The notes beneath the pieces were generated by a model. It saw nothing but the letters and a program-made list of their open reading frames with translations, was not told the origin of the DNA and searched no databases. The position numbers were made by a program, and so were the translations under genes. 64,000 nucleotides of DNA from Candidatus Thorarchaeota archaeon (GTDB lineage: Archaea; Asgardarchaeota; Thorarchaeia; Thorarchaeales; Thorarchaeaceae), in the NCBI GenBank assembly GCA_048882485.1, contig JBHLRP010000001.1, forward strand, positions 281,466 to 345,465. Reading direction: 5' to 3'. Shown in pieces: positions 58,191-64,000 of this stretch; position 1 is the stretch's first letter; every line of letters begins with the position of its first letter.

Positions 58191-58550
58191 CTAAGTGAAA
58201 TGCTGACTAGTGGTGGGAAGTATATAATATACGATTGTGATGGCGGTTAGCCCTAAACCTGCCCAGTTCTCACCATATGCATACAACAGAGCTCCGGCAA
58301 TAAGGAATACTACCGCAAGCGTCCAAGACATCCTATCCTGCTTCAATATCTGGAAATACAGGAATATTGCTATCACGCCGAGAATGAGGCCTGCTCCGGA
58401 AGCTGCGTCCTCCCAATACCAGAATCCCACTCCTCCTGTCACGATTCCTGCAATAGCATTAAGGATCATTAGAAAGCCTGCCATAGTGACCTCTCTGGGT
58501 CTTTCACCTCCCCGAATGCCACTATCGTCAGCCATTGGTATTTCGGTCAT
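58191..58550 (-). CDS. Small 4-TM membrane protein
   Basis: 'RPREVT' followed by four hydrophobic helices. Confidence 0.75.
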   Translation of the reverse strand: MTEIPMADDSGIRGGERPREVTMAGFLMILNAIAGIVTGGVGFWYWEDAASGAGLILGVIAIFLYFQILKQDRMSWTLAVVFLIAGALLYAYGENWAGLGLTAITIVYYILPTTSQHFT

Positions 58551-58605
58551 AGCGAATAAGCTTGATTCCGTGACACTTTATTCTTTCGAAACCTACGAAC
58601 TGGAA

Positions 58606-59079
58606 CTAATCCTGGTCCTCCTCATACTCCTCAAGCACAGACCAGTGTGGCGCATATGTAATGGGTTCGAGGTCTCTCTGCTGCAGTTCAAGCTCTTCGA
58701 CTTCCGCAACTCTTTTCCGCAAGGTGTACGACTTGGCACCCTCCCACCAAAGATATGCACTAAGGTCCTTCGAGAACTCGCCTTGATACCTTCCGCATGC
58801 CCCCCCACAGAACACCCTATCCTCTCTTATCTCGAGTGTACCCTCGCACCACTTGCAGACCGCTTCCCTACCATGGGCATGAATACGTCCGTCCACTACT
58901 CGCACGAGAAGAACAGTACCATCAAAGTTACAGACGCCCCACTCCTTCTTCTTGGTGACCGTTTTCTCCCAAATCTCTCCTGTAAGAACTCGGAGTCTCT
59001 CTGATGAGTCCTGCTTCTTTTTCTTATCCTTGCTGGACTCATCAAAGTCGGTCAGTCGCGTCTGCACAGTACGCCTCAT
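58606..59079 (-). CDS. Hypothetical zinc-finger protein
   Basis: CNFDG...HAH, CKWC...CGGAC clusters. Confidence 0.65.
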   Translation of the reverse strand: MRRTVQTRLTDFDESSKDKKKKQDSSERLRVLTGEIWEKTVTKKKEWGVCNFDGTVLLVRVVDGRIHAHGREAVCKWCEGTLEIREDRVFCGGACGRYQGEFSKDLSAYLWWEGAKSYTLRKRVAEVEELELQQRDLEPITYAPHWSVLEEYEEDQD

Positions 59080-59126
59080 GATTCATTGTGCCGATGTGGT
59101 GCTGATAAACACGTACATCAAGGGGT

Positions 59127-60092
59127 CTATCCTGAGAGCTCTTCCAAAAGGCCCATCATCCATTCGTCATAGGGTTTCTCCTTTGACCATGTGTCTTCGA
59201 AGGGCGTCATAATGAGTTCACCATTGACCTCTCCAACCATCCCTCCGTGCTTCCCTCTGAGAAGACATTCGATTGCAAAGGCTCCGAGACGGGTTGCAAG
59301 AATTCTGTCAAAATGAGTTGGATTTCCTCCACGTTGGATATAGCCTAACACTGAGACTCTACATTTCTCGCCAATCCTCTTCGATAATTCCTCGGCGATA
59401 ATAGTGGCATTACCAAGCTCGTCGCCCTCTGCAACCACAACTAGAACACTTGATTTAGATTTCTCTCTGGCATCAATTACCTTCTTGGTGAGTTCGTCCA
59501 TTTTAGTTGGGGTTTCCGGGATTACAATTGCCGATGCACCTGTTGCGATTCCAACATGGACTGCTATGAATCCATGATTCCGTCCCATTACCTCTGCCAA
59601 AAAGACTCGAGAGAAGGCTTCTGCAGTATCCCGTATCTTGTCCAATGCTTCCAATGCGTTGTTGACAGCAGTATCAAAGCCAATTGTGTAATCTGACCCA
59701 TAGAGATCATTATCAATAGTGCCCGGCAATCCTATCAGCCGACCCTTCCAATACTTGCTTAATGCCGCCAAACCCCGCATCGTTCCATCGCCTCCGATTG
59801 CCACCACCGCATCTATCCCTTTTTCATCCAACACAGTCACCGCTTTCTTCTGACCTTCTTCTGTCTTGAATTCTTCAGAACGGCCAGTTGTTAGCATTGT
59901 TCCTCCGCGGTGTAGAATTCTTGATACTGACCTCGAATTGAGTTCATGGATTTGATTGGTGAGAATTCCTTGAAATCCTCCGAATATCCCGTATATCTGA
60001 CAGTTGCGACTGATGCCAACTCTGGTTATGGCCCTGATAGCCGCATTCATTCCAGGGCCATCACCACCACTAGTGAGAACTCCAATTTTCAT
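59127..60092 (-). CDS. pfkA: ATP-dependent 6-phosphofructokinase (PfkA family)
   Basis: 'TSGGDGPGMNAAIR', GGDGT, PGTIDND, EVMGR, 'LGYIQRGG'. Confidence 0.95.
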   Translation of the reverse strand: MKIGVLTSGGDGPGMNAAIRAITRVGISRNCQIYGIFGGFQGILTNQIHELNSRSVSRILHRGGTMLTTGRSEEFKTEEGQKKAVTVLDEKGIDAVVAIGGDGTMRGLAALSKYWKGRLIGLPGTIDNDLYGSDYTIGFDTAVNNALEALDKIRDTAEAFSRVFLAEVMGRNHGFIAVHVGIATGASAIVIPETPTKMDELTKKVIDAREKSKSSVLVVVAEGDELGNATIIAEELSKRIGEKCRVSVLGYIQRGGNPTHFDRILATRLGAFAIECLLRGKHGGMVGEVNGELIMTPFEDTWSKEKPYDEWMMGLLEELSG

Positions 60093-60133
60093 AGATTTTG
60101 GATAGCTTCATGGAGATAAAAAGAATAGCAGCA

Positions 60134-60613
60134 CTATGAAACCGCAGCGCGTTCTCGAAAGAACATTAGATAGTCAGTTCCTGGCACATCTTTGCCAAGT
60201 ATCCTCAGCGCTGAAGCAAGCTGCCCTCTGTGATGGGTTGTGTGTAAAATATATTGCATGAAGAAATCCATCGCTTGAATTTCAAAGGGCTTATCTGATA
60301 TATGCGGGACCTCGATTGTACCCTGTGGTATTTCCCTAATAACCTCAGCGAGACGCGAATCCAATTCATTCCACTTGGAGATCAATTCGAGTTTTGAAGA
60401 CTGGGATATCCACTTGTAGATGCTTTCATCCCATTTGTCATCTGCAATATTGAAACAAGTGGCTAATGCCATGACCGTGTGTTCACATATTGAACGAACA
60501 CTTTGCTGGCCGAGTACCTTCTTTGTGAATTCTTTCTCCCTCAGATGTTCAACAACCTCTCGCATCTTTTTTCCGGTCCAAATATGATACTCAGCGAGTT
60601 GCTTGAATGTCAG
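60134..60613 (-). CDS. DinB-family protein, probable CTG start
   Basis: 'EYHIW', 'SVRSICEH', 'HTTHHRGQL...LRILG'; GGAGG SD then CTG at 60613 (MTFKQLAEYHIW). Confidence 0.8.
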   Translation of the reverse strand: MTFKQLAEYHIWTGKKMREVVEHLREKEFTKKVLGQQSVRSICEHTVMALATCFNIADDKWDESIYKWISQSSKLELISKWNELDSRLAEVIREIPQGTIEVPHISDKPFEIQAMDFFMQYILHTTHHRGQLASALRILGKDVPGTDYLMFFRERAAVS

Positions 60614-60856
60614 GCTAATCCCTCCAAAGGGGAATGTGTATACAATAAACACTTCAGGTTTATCTTTCCTTTGCACTGACTCAATTGATTCCAGTGAGTA
60701 CATCAACAATTGATGCCTTCTTGGGAATGTTTTTACTTCCCGCCCCGTTCTCTTCTGAGCTCTTCTCTGACAAGGAATATGCCCTCCAGCTAAATTTGCA
60801 GATTTCCCGACTCATAATTCCACTGAGAGCATATGTCAATGCCACGAAACTTCGTG

Positions 60857-61816
60857 CTAGACTACTCCTTTGAGTCTGAGAAACACTAGCAACGGTGTAG
60901 TAATGATGAGGCTTGCTAAAACCACCACTACAAATGCCAGCGGGTTCTGTTCTAGGGGCAAGTCGACATTCATTCCATAGATTGAAGCGATTAGTGTGGG
61001 AACGCTAACCAACAGCGAGATTGATGTTAGAGTCTTCATAACCCTATTCAAATTGTGCCCAACAATGGAATCGTATTGATCCATCGCATTGGCAATGAGC
61101 GTTCTATATATTGCGCTGAGTTCCATCTGTTGCTGCAGGTCAACTTCTAGCTCCTCAAGACGGTCTTCATCAAGAACAAGCCTGCCAAAACTCTGAAGCC
61201 TCTTCATTCGCCGTAGCACCTTCATGTTAGATTTCAGCGCTGCTTCCATGTAGATCGCATCTCTTGAGAGCTGGAAGAAGCGATCTAATTGCGAAGGATA
61301 TAGTTCTTTGAGAATTTGGTCTTCGGTATCATGAATTGTGGCTTCAATGATATCAAGCATAGTCTCGAAACTATGGATGACGATCTCCCACGTGTTGTAA
61401 ATAACGCCACTTACTGTAGTAGTACGACGTAAGACACCTTTGAGACGTCTTTTTCGCAGCGGAATATCCTCGTTCTGCACTATGATGATATCTCGACCAT
61501 TGGTGAAGAGACCAATAGGATTCGTCGAATATTCCCTGTCTTCTCCTTCCAAGTCCACAGGCACACGGAGTACGACCATGACGAATTTATCTTCAATCTG
61601 AAGTCTTGGACGTTCATCAAGGTCTTGCAGGTCCTGCAGGTCCTCCAAATCGACTTCGAATTTGACTGATAACTCGGCAAGAATGTCAGGCCAGAGTCCA
61701 ACTACTTGAATTAGCAGCGGTTCGTCAGGTGCGCTCTCCAAATCGGGATACTCGATCCCACTCTCTAGTGCCGTCACTGTAAGCTTGCTGGTCTCTGGTT
61801 TTTCCGCCGTCGTCAT
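60857..61816 (-). CDS. corA: CorA-family Mg2+/Co2+ transporter
   Basis: 'DLDERPR', 'NRVMKTLT', YGMN signature, two C-terminal TMs; GAGGTGA SD before ATG at 61816. Confidence 0.92.
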   Translation of the reverse strand: MTTAEKPETSKLTVTALESGIEYPDLESAPDEPLLIQVVGLWPDILAELSVKFEVDLEDLQDLQDLDERPRLQIEDKFVMVVLRVPVDLEGEDREYSTNPIGLFTNGRDIIIVQNEDIPLRKRRLKGVLRRTTTVSGVIYNTWEIVIHSFETMLDIIEATIHDTEDQILKELYPSQLDRFFQLSRDAIYMEAALKSNMKVLRRMKRLQSFGRLVLDEDRLEELEVDLQQQMELSAIYRTLIANAMDQYDSIVGHNLNRVMKTLTSISLLVSVPTLIASIYGMNVDLPLEQNPLAFVVVVLASLIITTPLLVFLRLKGVV

Positions 61817-61987
61817 CGAGCTCACCTCTATCCATTCTGTTTCACCCCATTTTCTAGTGTGTGTGTTACGTATGAGTGGTTCGAGTCTCTTAGAGTATTG
61901 GAATGCAATAGGCTGATGCATCCTCAAGGAAGCCAGTAAGATTCTCTCGCTATCTCTTTTAGGGTTTTCCGCCGGCGTAGATAACAG

Positions 61988-63319
61988 CTAGATGACGACA
62001 CTCTCAACCTCGACCTTGCGGTTCTTTTGGCTAAGAGTGTCTGCTAGCATTTTCTTCCCGCCATATAGCTCGGCTTCAGCTTCACCTCGATAGAGAGCAT
62101 CTGCAATTCTCGCCATTGCATCGGCCTTCATAATGCCTGAACCACTGGCTCCATTCAACACCAGCACTCCGCAATCAGAATAGACGAAGGGTATGGCATC
62201 TGGACTATAGCTATAGCCTCCAGCCCAGCTACCGACAGGTCTCGCACCTTCGAATCCTGGGAAGTATTTTGACAAAACAGGATAGACACTATTCTCGTAG
62301 TATGCGCTTTCAGGATTATCATAATCGGGAGTCTGAATGTAATCGTATCTCCTGCCCACCTTGTCTCCGCATCCTATCCAAAATCCCCGCTCTTGCACTT
62401 GTGGCCTGAAATATACTCCAGCTGAAGGTAGGATTGTAAATGGTATGGTGTTCATTTCACTGAATCCTTTTGTGTCTAGCAATTCCTCCATACCTGGCTT
62501 TCCCTCAGCATGAAGCACATAGATATGCCGCTTCTTAGCTTTTGTCCGGCTGTCCACTCCTATCGGATCGAGTAACTCGTTCGCCCAAGCGCCGGTGGCT
62601 AGGACCACAGTGTCAGCTTTGATTATTCCATCCTTCGTCTTGACGCCGGTCACCCTTTTCTTCTGCCACACATAGGGCTCACCAGGAAGGTCCAGCTTTG
62701 GATCAGCCTCCAGAAGAAGACTGTCTACATTCACATTGAATCTTGGCTTGACATCGCTGATCTTCTTGAATTCCTCGAAGTACCACTCAACTAGTCTTGT
62801 AGGATCCAATACACCACAATCCCCTCCAAATAGACCATAGTCAACCTCTTGGAGGTTCATCAGCTCTGCTTCTTCATCATTGGAGAAGTCTACATTGAGA
62901 CTAGGAATCATCTCATTGAGCTGCTTCTTGTCATATACTTTGTAATGGATACCTGATTCTTTCATTTTTCGCATCCAGTTCTGAACACTTTCATGATTGA
63001 ACTGAGAATTGCTGAGCAGCCAGAGATAGCCACACTTCTCAAAGAGAAGCTCGTATCCGATATCGTTCTGGACGTGTTCGAAGTACTTGATCGATGTGTC
63101 TGTCAACAATTGATTTGTGGATGATGCGAACATGTTTCTTACAGCAGCCGCACTCATTGCTGTATTTGCCTGTCCAGCCATTGACATTCTATCCAGAAGA
63201 AGGATCTTCTTCTCAGGGCTATTCTTCTGGAGATAATATGCTGCTGATGCTCCTATGACACCTGCACCTACTATGACGATATCGAATAATTCCTCGGCTG
63301 ACACTTCAGCTACCTCCAC
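61988..63319 (-). CDS. FAD-dependent oxidoreductase (DAO/sarcosine oxidase/dye-linked proline dehydrogenase beta-like)
   Basis: GAGVIG, 'GYLWL', 'VVLATGAW', 'WAGGYSYSPDA', 'SGSGIMKAD'. Confidence 0.88.
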   Translation of the reverse strand: MEVAEVSAEELFDIVIVGAGVIGASAAYYLQKNSPEKKILLLDRMSMAGQANTAMSAAAVRNMFASSTNQLLTDTSIKYFEHVQNDIGYELLFEKCGYLWLLSNSQFNHESVQNWMRKMKESGIHYKVYDKKQLNEMIPSLNVDFSNDEEAELMNLQEVDYGLFGGDCGVLDPTRLVEWYFEEFKKISDVKPRFNVNVDSLLLEADPKLDLPGEPYVWQKKRVTGVKTKDGIIKADTVVLATGAWANELLDPIGVDSRTKAKKRHIYVLHAEGKPGMEELLDTKGFSEMNTIPFTILPSAGVYFRPQVQERGFWIGCGDKVGRRYDYIQTPDYDNPESAYYENSVYPVLSKYFPGFEGARPVGSWAGGYSYSPDAIPFVYSDCGVLVLNGASGSGIMKADAMARIADALYRGEAEAELYGGKKMLADTLSQKNRKVEVESVVI

Positions 63320-63367
63320 ATCGCGGCCGCGGTGGTTGTATGCGCACCTAAAACCTTTTGCGCTCAG

Positions 63368-63979
63368 TTATTTGGGAAGATTAAGGATTATTATCTTGAT
63401 TGCTTCAGCAATTGTGCCCAAAGGCATGGTTGCAAGGTGTGGGTCCTCCTTTTCTAATGCCTGTTGAGGAAGCGGAGGGACATGAATGAAGGTTGCCATG
63501 AGGTTCATCTCGCTGGTACCAATCCATTCCATGACTTTATAGATCAACCAGTTGCACCCATAGACTCCCGCATAGTAGCTCACAAAGGCTGGGATGTCTT
63601 CATTGTTGATTGCTTTGACCAATGGATGAGGATCGATATTCGTGAAATAGGCTGGAGGACCTTGATCAGAGATCAAATCATTTTCGGGGATATTGCCATA
63701 GTTGTCTGCTCTCGTAGTGCTTCTCGCATTGACTGCAATTCTTTCAATTGCTATTGCTGGTCTGTTTGCTTGACCAGTGCATAGGAGCACATTCGGAGAA
63801 TGGTTCTCAACTAGTTCCTTCAACAAGGTGAATGCAGTATTGTAGTCTAGGGGGAGAACTTCGCCTACAATCTGGAAGTTGCCAATTCTTTTACCATCGA
63901 CAACCTGTGCCAATTCAGCTGAGGGATTCACTGAATAATCATCGAAAGGCTCGAATCCAGTGATTAGTGCTTTTGGCAT
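63368..63979 (-). CDS. pcp: Pyroglutamyl-peptidase I
   Basis: 'LITGFEPF...NPS', catalytic E (IER), C (YGCN) and H (FIHVP). Confidence 0.93.
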   Translation of the reverse strand: MPKALITGFEPFDDYSVNPSAELAQVVDGKRIGNFQIVGEVLPLDYNTAFTLLKELVENHSPNVLLCTGQANRPAIAIERIAVNARSTTRADNYGNIPENDLISDQGPPAYFTNIDPHPLVKAINNEDIPAFVSYYAGVYGCNWLIYKVMEWIGTSEMNLMATFIHVPPLPQQALEKEDPHLATMPLGTIAEAIKIIILNLPK

Positions 63980-64000
63980 GATGTTCTATCATTTACATTG

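Noticed and set aside
58237-59004. 255-aa plus-strand ORF
   Set aside because: Antisense to two better-supported minus-strand genes and has no motif.
60614-60856. 30-44-aa minus-strand ORF between corA and dinB
   Set aside because: No recognisable features; may be a remnant but cannot be supported.
1-64000. Genome-wide TAG (pyrrolysine) or TGA recoding
   Set aside because: Many full-length conserved genes here end at TAG or TGA at their expected C-termini; only isolated internal stops were seen.

Overview
Gene-dense archaeal chromosomal window, most consistent with an Asgard archaeon (Thorarchaeia-like). The lineage call is inferred from a profilin-like gene, two tandem Rab-like small GTPases, an LRR protein, a geranylgeranyl reductase, TrmB and BRE/TATA promoters. 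Most of the window is housekeeping and peptide/amino-acid catabolism: S9 and M3B peptidases, pyroglutamyl peptidase, a nucleoside ABC transporter, pstSCAB-phoU plus a Na/Pi symporter, LipS2-LplA-LplB lipoylation genes, PfkA and CorA. I saw no tRNA, rRNA, CRISPR array, integrase or transposase. The most unusual locus is at about 33.6-35.9 kb. A small secreted prepro-peptide-like gene (ending ...NRGGG-CDFCFYDFH) lies divergent from a ribbon-helix-helix regulator. Between them is a 576-bp AT-rich spacer carrying three near-palindromic TGTAATAGTGTTACA boxes spaced 181 and 184 bp apart, each next to a TATA-like element, plus a long RNA hairpin. An M23-like peptidase gene is the convergent neighbour. 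Other highlights are a PAS-PAS histidine-kinase homologue with Ser in place of the phospho-acceptor His and a C-terminal CxxC thioredoxin domain, a small basic Cys4 protein that looks like a ribosomal protein, two genes broken by single in-frame stops, and probable CTG/ATT start codons. All calls come from reading motifs by eye; no database searches were run.
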